From Spirochaetia bacterium (lineage in GTDB: Bacteria > Spirochaetota > Spirochaetia > DSM-27196 > Salinispiraceae), in contig JBBRCZ010000001.1 in assembly GCA_038204425.1 (NCBI GenBank), positions 32,001 through 96,000 of the forward strand: 64,000 bases of DNA, given 5' to 3'. This document shows positions 9,784-18,047 of the stretch, one piece after another. The notes beneath the pieces were generated by a model. That model ran no database searches, was not told the DNA's origin, and was given only the letters and a program-made list of their open reading frames with translations. Numbering within the stretch: position 1 is the stretch's first letter; every line of letters begins with the position of its first letter. Position numbers and translations under genes: made by a program.

Positions 9784-11097
9784 ATGAGAACAATGGCAGT
9801 GATTAGTTCTGATCAAAAACTTAACGACAGAATAAAAAAAGTATGTGACATCTTTTCTCAAACCGACCTAGAGATTGTGCCAGTAGTTTTGGGCAACGAA
9901 GAAGAAGCTTTGGCCTTTATCAAATATGACTTGCCAGAAATTAATGTAATTCATTTTTCAGATAAAGATTTGGACATAGACAAGGTTCTAAAGGCCATAA
10001 AAAACGACCAATGGTTACACTATGGCGGTATTGTTGCCGTTCATGCTGACAAGGATAGAAAGCTATGCGCAGAAAAGCTAAAAGACTGCAATCTGCTGTC
10101 GTTGCTTTCAAGAAAAGAGTTTGTCCAAGGTTTCTATAGAATTCTTAAGATTCTGAGTCAAAATAGACAGGTAATCTTTCAACGCGACCTGCAAGCATTC
10201 TTAATGAAGAGCCTTTCGGGAAGCCTTGTAATGGATAATGATCCTCTAAACGTGCGAATTTACGCCAACCTAATTTCCAACTACCTTTTTAATTCCAACT
10301 ATGTTAACGCTGAACTTCGTGACCGCTTACACGTTGGACTACACGAAATGTTGATGAACGCGGTTGAGCACGGAAACTGCGAAATTAGCTACGAAGAAAA
10401 GACAAACTGGCTTGAGTCACACGGTGACATTCTTGAACTGATTCGGCTAAAGTGCCAGGATCAAGGAATTAAGGCAAAAAAAGTTTTCTTCAATTACCGA
10501 ATCAGCAAAGAAAAGTCGAGTTTTACTATCAAAGATGAAGGTGCCGGATTCGATTGGAACCATCATTTAAACAAGCGTGACCATTCAGACAATTTTGGCT
10601 TGCACGGTCGTGGTATTGCGATGACAGGCATCTACGTTGAAAACCTGCGGTACAACGATGTTGGCAACGAGGTCAGCTTTGACGTCAGCCATCAGCAAAA
10701 CGAAACCAACGTCTTGCCAAGTATATTTGTGGACCAAGATGAAGTCGAGTTTAAAGACGGCGAAGCGATATTCCGTGAAGGTGAAGTCTCAAACAATCTA
10801 TATTATATCGTTTCTGGAGAACTAGAAATAATTCGTAATAAACAAGTGGTATCCGTTTTGACTCCCGATGACTTATTTTTGGGTGAAATGTCTTTTCTGT
10901 TGGCAAACAGAAGATCAGCGACGGTAATATCCAAAGGAAGCTCGGTATTGGTTCCTGTTTCGAAACACAGTTTTGTAAATATTATCAGAGAACAACCACA
11001 TTATGGCATTTTTTTGGCACGACTTTTGGCCCATCGGCTTGAGCGAATGAACAATGCTATGGTGGAGCTACACAAGGACAGGTCCGCTATTATTTGA
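9784..11097 (+). CDS. Signalling protein: degenerate receiver-like N terminus, RsbW-type HATPase_c, C-terminal cyclic-nucleotide-binding domain
   Basis: N-box LHEMLMNAVEHGN, G1 IKDEGAGFD, G2 HGRGI; CNB cassette FLGEMSFLLANRRSATV; GGAG SD before ATG 9784. Confidence 0.85.
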   Translation: MRTMAVISSDQKLNDRIKKVCDIFSQTDLEIVPVVLGNEEEALAFIKYDLPEINVIHFSDKDLDIDKVLKAIKNDQWLHYGGIVAVHADKDRKLCAEKLKDCNLLSLLSRKEFVQGFYRILKILSQNRQVIFQRDLQAFLMKSLSGSLVMDNDPLNVRIYANLISNYLFNSNYVNAELRDRLHVGLHEMLMNAVEHGNCEISYEEKTNWLESHGDILELIRLKCQDQGIKAKKVFFNYRISKEKSSFTIKDEGAGFDWNHHLNKRDHSDNFGLHGRGIAMTGIYVENLRYNDVGNEVSFDVSHQQNETNVLPSIFVDQDEVEFKDGEAIFREGEVSNNLYYIVSGELEIIRNKQVVSVLTPDDLFLGEMSFLLANRRSATVISKGSSVLVPVSKHSFVNIIREQPHYGIFLARLLAHRLERMNNAMVELHKDRSAII

Positions 11098-11347
11098 CCT
11101 TGGCCTCGTAGCCGATTCTCCGTATTAGTTCAATAATTTGGTCTATGCTTTCTTTTTTTCCATCGTAGTCAACGTGGATTTCGGCCTTTACGCGGTCAAC
11201 CTCGACATCTTGTATGCCTTTAAACTTTTTACCAACGTGTTCTATTGTATGCGCACAAGAAGAACAAGTTCCACCAGTGCTTGTCAAAACAGTGTGAACC
11301 AGGTTCTCGCTTGCGATAGGTTCTTTCTTTCCTAAAAAAAATGCCAT
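11090..11347 (-). CDS. Heavy-metal-associated (HMA) domain metallochaperone (CopZ-like)
   Basis: GGTCSSC metal motif, ferredoxin-like pattern ending IRRIGYEAK. Confidence 0.88.
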   Translation of the reverse strand: MAFFLGKKEPIASENLVHTVLTSTGGTCSSCAHTIEHVGKKFKGIQDVEVDRVKAEIHVDYDGKKESIDQIIELIRRIGYEAKVK

Positions 11348-11520
11348 GTCTACAATATAATTAGAAAATATGCTTGAAGGCAAGCAAGTAACTAGGCTTG
11401 GTGCTGTTATAACTTGAACGGAGCACCGATTTAGGATATATTTCGCTGCTACTTGGAACTGACTAAACGTTTCAAATCAAGAACCACATGCCGGTGGTTT
11501 TATCATTGAGAGGAGCCATC

Positions 11521-12894
11521 ATGGCCGAACTAGAAGAACGAGCTGACAGTCAGCTTATGGACAAGGTCGTGTCGCTTGCCAAGCGTCGTGGTTTTGTTTA
11601 CCAGTCGTCTGAAATTTACGGGGGACTCTCTGGCGCATGGGACTACGGCCCATTGGGCATTGAGCTTAAAAACAACATTCAGCGGTTTTGGTGGAAAGAG
11701 ATGACTCGCAAGCACGACAATATTGTTGGACTTGATGCATCTATCTTGATGCACCCCAAAGTCTGGGAAGCCTCGGGCCACGTGGCAAATTTTTCTGACC
11801 CGTTGGTTGACTGTAAGCAGTGTAAAAGTCGCTTTAGAGCTGACCACATTGATTTAAAGGCACCTTGTCCCAACTGTGGCACGAAAGACAGCTTTACCGA
11901 ACCGCGACAGTTTAACTTAATGTTTAAGACCCACCTTGGATCCAGTGAAGGACCAGAAAGTGTCGTCTACCTTCGTCCAGAAACAGCTCAAGGCATCTAT
12001 GTAAACTTTAAGAATGTCCATCAAACTTCCCGAGTCAAGATTCCTTTTGGTATCGCCCAAGTTGGTAAAGCATTTAGAAATGAGATTGTAACCAAGAGCT
12101 TTATTTTTAGATCCTGCGAGTTTGAGCAAATGGAGATGCAATACTTTGTTCATCCCAGTGAAGATGAAAAATGGTTCGCATTCTGGAAAGAAGAACGCTT
12201 AAAGTATTATACAAAAATGGGTATTGTAAGCGAGAGGTTACGTTTTCATCATCATGGTACTGAGCTGGCCCACTACGCCAAAGACGCCTATGATATTGAA
12301 TATTTGTTTCCGTTTGGCTGGAAAGAACTTGAAGGTATTCACAATCGATCTAACTTTGACCTAACGCAGCATGGTAACTATTCTGGAAAAGATATCAACT
12401 ATCTTGATGAGGAAAGCAAAGATCGTTTTGTGCCCTTTATTATTGAAACTTCTGCCGGCTTGACACGTAGTCTTTTGATGGCAATTTGTGACGCATACGA
12501 GGAAGAACTGGTGCAAGAAGCTAGTGAAGGAAAAGAAGCCGACACAAGAACCGTCTTGCGCCTGCATCCTGAACTTGCGCCAATTACAGTTGGAGTCTTT
12601 CCGCTAGTCAAGAAAGACGGTTTGTCGGAATTGGCCCAAGATATTTGCCAAGAATTATCTGACGACTATGCAGCGTTCTACGACGCATCGGGAGCTATTG
12701 GTCGACGATATCGTCGACAGGATGAAATCGGCACCCCTTTTTGTGTGACGATAGACTATGACAGCAAAGAAAACGGGACGGTTACCTTGCGGTTTCGTGA
12801 CAGTATGGAACAGATTAGAGTTCACAGAACAGAACTGTCTGCCGCGATCAAGGGGGCCATTAAATCCTATGTTAGAGTATCCTCCAAAGCCTAA
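11521..12894 (+). CDS. glyQS: Glycine--tRNA ligase (dimeric type)
   Basis: EIYGGLSGAWDYGPLG, YLRPETAQG, FEQMEMQYF, IGRRYRRQDEIGTPF; AGGAG SD. Confidence 0.98.
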   Translation: MAELEERADSQLMDKVVSLAKRRGFVYQSSEIYGGLSGAWDYGPLGIELKNNIQRFWWKEMTRKHDNIVGLDASILMHPKVWEASGHVANFSDPLVDCKQCKSRFRADHIDLKAPCPNCGTKDSFTEPRQFNLMFKTHLGSSEGPESVVYLRPETAQGIYVNFKNVHQTSRVKIPFGIAQVGKAFRNEIVTKSFIFRSCEFEQMEMQYFVHPSEDEKWFAFWKEERLKYYTKMGIVSERLRFHHHGTELAHYAKDAYDIEYLFPFGWKELEGIHNRSNFDLTQHGNYSGKDINYLDEESKDRFVPFIIETSAGLTRSLLMAICDAYEEELVQEASEGKEADTRTVLRLHPELAPITVGVFPLVKKDGLSELAQDICQELSDDYAAFYDASGAIGRRYRRQDEIGTPFCVTIDYDSKENGTVTLRFRDSMEQIRVHRTELSAAIKGAIKSYVRVSSKA

Positions 12895-12998
12895 GTTTTT
12901 GATAGAGTGAGATTTATGTCTCCCTCTATGTAGAGAAATCTAACCCAAGCAAGGGTAAATCCATTGAGCTTTAAGCTGAGCGCTATGGTATTTATTCG

Positions 12999-13025
12999 TA
13001 AGTCCCGTTTTGAAAATGCCGATGA
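12999..13025 (+). promoter_or_regulatory. Putative sigma28 (FliA)-type promoter
   Basis: TAAG-15nt-GCCGATGA versus consensus TAAA-N15-GCCGATAA. Confidence 0.6.
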
Positions 13026-13109
13026 TGACTAGGGAGTTCTAACATCGAGACAAATCGAAGCCCGAAAGCAGCCCAGCGCTATAGGTACTCACTCGTTTGG
13101 CGAACCGCA

Positions 13110-14393
13110 TTGCTCTTTGTGGTGATGGCTATTTTGAACCTCAGTCTCTTTGTAATCATGGTTTTTGAAAATCAGTTGGACCTTATTCTGCAGAACGCGC
13201 TACTTTCTAGCCGGCTACAAGTTGCTACTTTCCAATCTACTTTGTTAGAGATCCTTGGTCCACAACAAGATTGGAGCGACGAAAAGGCCCGCGAACTGCA
13301 TCGTCGCGTCAGTCAAAACGGTATGGACAACTATACGCTCTTTAGGGAAGACGGCCGTGTAATAATGGATGTAAAGAACTGGGAAATCAGCAAACGCGAC
13401 GACGCAAGTCTTGATGAACTCAAATCTATTAACGCTGCAATGGCAAGAAAGGCATTTGAGAACGCTGCTTTTTCAGAAAAAATCGAACCAGAAAGTAAAC
13501 TGCTCGATCTTTGGGCGCCCTTTAATTTGGCGTCGGATAGCCAAGGGGTAGTTAGGTTAAGAACCAAACTTAGCGAAATTGGCTATTTGATGGAAATTTT
13601 GTACAGACAAGCTCTTTTTATTGGCTTGGCATTGCTGCTTATTCATTTTGTTTATGCTTTTCTCACCTTTAGACAAATCTTTGTACCTTTGCGACTATTA
13701 CTGATGGGCACCCGTGCTATTGCTTCTGGCCAGCTTGACGTACATATTCCGTTGCTAAAGCGCAACGAAATGGGCGAATTGGCCGCCGCCTTTAATGAAA
13801 TGGGTGTAGCCGTTAGAAATATGAAAGAGGAAGCCTTAGGTGCCAATCCGCTGACTGGTTTGCCGGGAAACCATGCGATTGCTCACAGCATAGAAGAACG
13901 TCTGCAAGGCGAACAGAAGTTCGCCGTTTTGTACTGTGATCTAGACAATTTTAAAGCGTACAATGACAAATATGGCTTCTCTAAGGGCGACGACGCCATC
14001 CTTTATGTTAGAGATTGTCTAAGCAAGCTAGAAAAAATGTTTCCCAATCGCAACGTCTTTATTGGACATGAAGGTGGCGACGACTTTGTGGTAATAATTG
14101 ATTATGTCGTAGCGATCGACTTTTGTGAGGCGTTTTTGCCTCTATTTGATTCTGCAATTTCACAGTTTTATAAACCGTCAGATATGTCCTCAGGCTTTAT
14201 AGAAAGCGTCAATCGACAGGGTGTGGCCATGATTTTTCCACTCATGTCCATCTCTGTCGCAATTGTTTCAAATAAATTTAGACCTTACAAACATTATGGC
14301 GAACTCGTCCAGGCTGCTGCTGAAATCAAGAAACTGGCCAAGAAAGTTAATGGGTCCTCCTATGTGGAGGATACAAGAGCAGATAGACCGTGA
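13110..14393 (+). CDS. Membrane diguanylate cyclase (TM-periplasmic domain-TM-HAMP-GGDEF); true start may be upstream at 13044
   Basis: HAMP (RNEMGELAAAFNEM), NPLTGLPGN, DLDNFKAYNDKYG, A-site GGDDF. Confidence 0.88.
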   Translation: MLFVVMAILNLSLFVIMVFENQLDLILQNALLSSRLQVATFQSTLLEILGPQQDWSDEKARELHRRVSQNGMDNYTLFREDGRVIMDVKNWEISKRDDASLDELKSINAAMARKAFENAAFSEKIEPESKLLDLWAPFNLASDSQGVVRLRTKLSEIGYLMEILYRQALFIGLALLLIHFVYAFLTFRQIFVPLRLLLMGTRAIASGQLDVHIPLLKRNEMGELAAAFNEMGVAVRNMKEEALGANPLTGLPGNHAIAHSIEERLQGEQKFAVLYCDLDNFKAYNDKYGFSKGDDAILYVRDCLSKLEKMFPNRNVFIGHEGGDDFVVIIDYVVAIDFCEAFLPLFDSAISQFYKPSDMSSGFIESVNRQGVAMIFPLMSISVAIVSNKFRPYKHYGELVQAAAEIKKLAKKVNGSSYVEDTRADRP

Positions 14394-16351
14394 CAAGTTT
14401 TTCGCGTTCGGCGGGTATACTGCTATTGACCTTGCTTTTAGTTATGTCCGCGTTTTTTGTAAACCTTGTACTTTTGGATTGGAGATTGACCGAGATCAAT
14501 CCAAACTTGGCATCCATGTCTGCCCAAAAAAGAGATGATATTTCGTTTTCTTTGCTTGGAAAAATGGAGTTGATCCGCCTAAGAAGTGAAAATGGCAACG
14601 AATCAGAAGGTGATGGTATTCTTGAAGCTCGGCTGGAGACACTTGGCGCCAACGATGCATTTGTACTAAATGAGGCAAAGTCACCTAGTTCAAAAGGGCG
14701 TTTCGAGTTTGCCGAGCCCGTTGTGCGGGTGTTTATCAACACGCTAAGAACCATCATTGGCAAAAAAGAACTGCCAAAAACTCAAAAGGAAGATCCGCGT
14801 TTAATAAACCTTCAGCAAGCTTACTTGTGGGAGCGCGCCCGCAAATATCCGATGGCAATAAGAATCTACCAAAAAATAAATATGGAAAGCAAGATCGCTC
14901 CGTCAATGCGAGCTAGTCTCTTAATTCATCTTGGTTATTGTTTGGCGCTCAACGGTCAAAAGCCGGAGGCGAGAAATATCCTAAACCAAGTTGTAGAAGG
15001 CGTGTTTTCAGAAGATTCTAAGCTCTTGGCAAGGGAAATGTTAGGGTATTTGGACTACTTTGAAGAAAAGCTGGTCGAGGCTGCCATCAAGAAAGATCCA
15101 CTTGCTAGAGCGCGCAACGAGTTTTTCTTGGGGGAATACGCAAGAGCCGTGGCTTCATTTACCGATTTTCTGAAAAAACCAGAAGCGGGCTATGTGCAAG
15201 AAGCATATTTCTATCTCGCCCGATCCGTTGAAGAGACAGGACAAATTGAGCAAGCAGAAACCTACTATCGACGAGTAATTTTTATTGAACAAGCCAGTGA
15301 GTGGACCACAAAGGCATGGCAACGCTTGTTTTTCTTGGGTGGCATCTACGCCAAAAAGCCCGAATTGGTAGACGAGGCCCGAAGTCAGTTGGAATCGGTT
15401 GGGCAGGCATATTGGATTAACGCGGTATCTGGATCGGTCAAAGTCGTTGCAGCACAGCCCGACTTGGCTACAAGAATAGAAGAGCTTTCAAGTCGCGGAC
15501 CTGATCTCGGTCTAGATAAGGCAGTTTTGGATGGCCAAAATGATCAGAATGGTCATTCTGTCTTTGCATCCAAAACAAATGAAGAAATTCTAAGCCAAGA
15601 GTCTCAGGTCTTAGTGACCAGCCAGTCAGGGTCGGCTGTATTGAGGATGGATGGTCAACTAATGGGATACACACCAGTTTTTGTTAAAGTCGAGCCCGGC
15701 AAAACGTATGTCTTTAGTTTAGAATCTGCGCGGGGATTCGTGGTACGTAAATGGACAGCTCCAAATAAGCAGGACTTTCTAGAACGGCTTATGATCGACC
15801 TTCCGCGACAGCGGTCAGTGCCAAGCAGCACAAGCAGCACAAGCAGCACAAGCAGCACAAGCAGCACAAGCAGCACAAGCAGCACAAGCAGCACAAGCAG
15901 CACAAGCAGCACAATAAGGCCACGCACGTCAACTACAAGTACTACGATAATTGTGCCTACATCAACGACCAGTACCTCTTCCACTTCTTCCACTTCGACG
16001 ACTACGACTACTGTGGGTGTTTCCAGCTTGTTTGAGAGTTTGAATAACAACGGTGGTTCCAATGGCACACCGACGGTTCCCAAGCCATTATCGGGCAACG
16101 ATCTACCAGCGATAATCTCATTTGCGATTGGTGGAGTTTCCATGGCAGTGTTGGGAATCTCTGCAGGAATTGGTGCTGGCTATTATAGCGACTATCAAGC
16201 GGCCGTTTCGGCAACGGAAATTACCAGACTGCGTGATTTGCTGCAAACACATGAAGCGATAAACGTTATTTCAGGAATTATTGGTGGTTTGGGGCTCGCG
16301 GGTGGTCTAGTTTTCGTTTTGATTCCAGATCAAAATGAAGCTCCGCCCTGA
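14390..16351 (+). CDS. Membrane protein: TM, TPR repeats, PEGA-like domain, Ser/Thr-rich linker, two C-terminal hydrophobic helices
   Basis: TPR patterns (EAYFYLARSVEETGQIEQAETYYRRV), PEGA signature (GSAVLRMDGQLMGYTP), (SST)10; GTGA overlap with the cyclase stop. Confidence 0.8.
   Translation: MTSFSRSAGILLLTLLLVMSAFFVNLVLLDWRLTEINPNLASMSAQKRDDISFSLLGKMELIRLRSENGNESEGDGILEARLETLGANDAFVLNEAKSPSSKGRFEFAEPVVRVFINTLRTIIGKKELPKTQKEDPRLINLQQAYLWERARKYPMAIRIYQKINMESKIAPSMRASLLIHLGYCLALNGQKPEARNILNQVVEGVFSEDSKLLAREMLGYLDYFEEKLVEAAIKKDPLARARNEFFLGEYARAVASFTDFLKKPEAGYVQEAYFYLARSVEETGQIEQAETYYRRVIFIEQASEWTTKAWQRLFFLGGIYAKKPELVDEARSQLESVGQAYWINAVSGSVKVVAAQPDLATRIEELSSRGPDLGLDKAVLDGQNDQNGHSVFASKTNEEILSQESQVLVTSQSGSAVLRMDGQLMGYTPVFVKVEPGKTYVFSLESARGFVVRKWTAPNKQDFLERLMIDLPRQRSVPSSTSSTSSTSSTSSTSSTSSTSSTSSTSSTIRPRTSTTSTTIIVPTSTTSTSSTSSTSTTTTTVGVSSLFESLNNNGGSNGTPTVPKPLSGNDLPAIISFAIGGVSMAVLGISAGIGAGYYSDYQAAVSATEITRLRDLLQTHEAINVISGIIGGLGLAGGLVFVLIPDQNEAPP
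15824..15913 (+). repeat. Perfect tandem repeat (AGCAGCACA)x10 encoding (SST)10
   Basis: Ten identical 9-bp units counted directly. Confidence 0.97.
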
Positions 16352-16423
16352 ATAAGTAGAGCAGTTTTCAGAATCATAGACAAGCAGGAGTAGAGGGTTC
16401 CTATTTTTGCCGATCGGAGTATT

Positions 16424-17485
16424 TTGGTGCCAAACCCCCATGTTTTCCAAAGTCAACATGCAATCATAGCTGCCGATTCGCGTTCTCTCAAGGTTTTGGC
16501 CGATCAAAGTATTGATTTAGTTGTTACTTCTCCCCCTTATCCGATGATCGCTATGTGGGACAGTTTGTTCTCTGGATTTGACGCTGAGGTCAAAAAAGCA
16601 TTTGAATCACAAGACGGAATCTTAGCTTTTGAATTGAGTCACCTGCAACTTGATAGAGTTTGGCAAGAACTTTGGCGGGTTGTCAAAGAAGGTTCTTTGG
16701 TCTGCATCAATATTGGTGATGCGACCCGCAGTATAGCCGGCCAGTTTTCGCTTTTCCCCAACCAGGCTCGGATAACTATGGCAATGCAAAAAATTGGATT
16801 TTCTGTTTTGCCTAGCATAATTTGGAAAAAACCCACCAATAGTCCTAACAAGTTCATGGGTTCAGGTATGTTGGCAGCTTGCGCTTATGTGACACTAGAA
16901 CATGAGTACATACTGATATTTAGAAAAGGCGGCAAACGAGAATTTGGTTTAGGACAAGAAAGTTTGAATCGCCAGCGCAGTTCGTTCTTTTGGGAAGAGC
17001 GCAACGTTTGGTTTTCTGATCAATGGGAACTAAAGGGTCTTAGGCAAAAGTTGCCGCAAAACGCAACGCGAGAACGCAGCGCAGCCTACGTTCTTGAGCT
17101 TCCTTGGCGGCTAATCCAAATGTATTCTTGCTACACAGACACCGTGCTCGATCCCTTTGCAGGAACGGGTACCACTTCACTTGCAGCAGCAGTTAGTGCA
17201 AGAAATAGTATTGCCATAGAATATGAACAAGAGCTTTTGGTAACCATAATGGAGACTCTTAGAATGGCTCCGTCTTGTTCACAAGAACTGACAAAAAGAA
17301 GACTGCAGGACCACATAGATTATATCAAAAAACGCCAAGAAGCAGGGCTTGTGCCTAAGTATTTTAACGATCTACACAAAGTGTCGGTTGCAACCCGACA
17401 AGAAAGCCGGCTTGTTCTAACTGCTGTAAACCAAATCACTGAACGTCAAGACGGCGTTTTTGAAATGCGGCACACAAGCATATGA
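16424..17485 (+). CDS. Orphan beta-class N4-cytosine DNA methyltransferase (MthZI/Zim-like, probable CTAG specificity)
   Basis: Catalytic TSPPY precedes SAM motif DPFAGTGTT (beta order); family blocks INIGDATR, KFMGSGM, YVTLEHEYILIFRK, FWEERNVWFSD. No adjacent endonuclease. Confidence 0.88.
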   Translation: MVPNPHVFQSQHAIIAADSRSLKVLADQSIDLVVTSPPYPMIAMWDSLFSGFDAEVKKAFESQDGILAFELSHLQLDRVWQELWRVVKEGSLVCINIGDATRSIAGQFSLFPNQARITMAMQKIGFSVLPSIIWKKPTNSPNKFMGSGMLAACAYVTLEHEYILIFRKGGKREFGLGQESLNRQRSSFFWEERNVWFSDQWELKGLRQKLPQNATRERSAAYVLELPWRLIQMYSCYTDTVLDPFAGTGTTSLAAAVSARNSIAIEYEQELLVTIMETLRMAPSCSQELTKRRLQDHIDYIKKRQEAGLVPKYFNDLHKVSVATRQESRLVLTAVNQITERQDGVFEMRHTSI

Positions 17486-17488
17486 TTT

Positions 17489-17989
17489 TTAAACTCCGGA
17501 TAGTAACTTTTCTATAGGTAAAGCTAATCTACGAGGCTCCACTCCCGGTGCAAAGCGACTGAGCACTTTACCAGTCGGACTTACTAAAAATTTCGTAAAG
17601 TTCCACTTTATTGAGTCGCCCAGGATCCCGCCTGCCGATTGACGTAGGTAAATATAGAGCGCATGCGACCTTGGCCCATTAACGTCAATTTTGGAAAAGA
17701 CAGGAAATGTAACTTTGAAATTTTTGCTGCAAAAATCAAGAATCTGAGCGTCTGTTCCTGGTTCTTGGTGGCCAAATTGGTCGCAAGGAAAGGCCAAGAT
17801 TTCCAAACCACGCGGTGCATATTTTTGATAGAGATCTTCCAGTCCAGTGTATTGTGGTGTAAAACCGCAGCGACTTGCAGTGTTAACTATCAATAGTACT
17901 TTTCCGCGATACTCGCCGATATTCTGCTCTTTGCCATCAATGCGCACCGCGCTGTAGCTATAGATCTTTTCGTCAATTTCCGATTGCAC
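17489..17989 (-). CDS. Glutathione peroxidase family (Cys-type) peroxidase
   Basis: NTASRCGFTPQY, FPCDQFGHQEPG, IKWNFTKFL; GGAGG SD 7 nt before GTG 17989. Confidence 0.95.
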   Translation of the reverse strand: MQSEIDEKIYSYSAVRIDGKEQNIGEYRGKVLLIVNTASRCGFTPQYTGLEDLYQKYAPRGLEILAFPCDQFGHQEPGTDAQILDFCSKNFKVTFPVFSKIDVNGPRSHALYIYLRQSAGGILGDSIKWNFTKFLVSPTGKVLSRFAPGVEPRRLALPIEKLLSGV

Positions 17990-18047
17990 CACTAAGCCTC
18001 CAGCTCTGGTTAAAATCTCCAAAAATAAAAACTAAGTCAAGTTTCTT

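Noticed and set aside
11440..11520. T-box or attenuator ahead of glyQS (hairpin AACCAC-ATGCCG-GTGGTT)
   Set aside because: The leader is too short and has no T-box consensus; a single weak hairpin is not enough.
15824..15913. Repeat considered as a CRISPR array
   Set aside because: 9-bp units with no spacers, in frame within a CDS, and no cas genes.
15655..16143. Antisense ORF with (VLL)n that looks like a membrane protein
   Set aside because: It is the reverse complement of the (AGCAGCACA)10 repeat inside a well-supported gene.
17489..18022. Possible selenocysteine glutathione peroxidase
   Set aside because: The active-site codon is Cys and there is no in-frame TGA.
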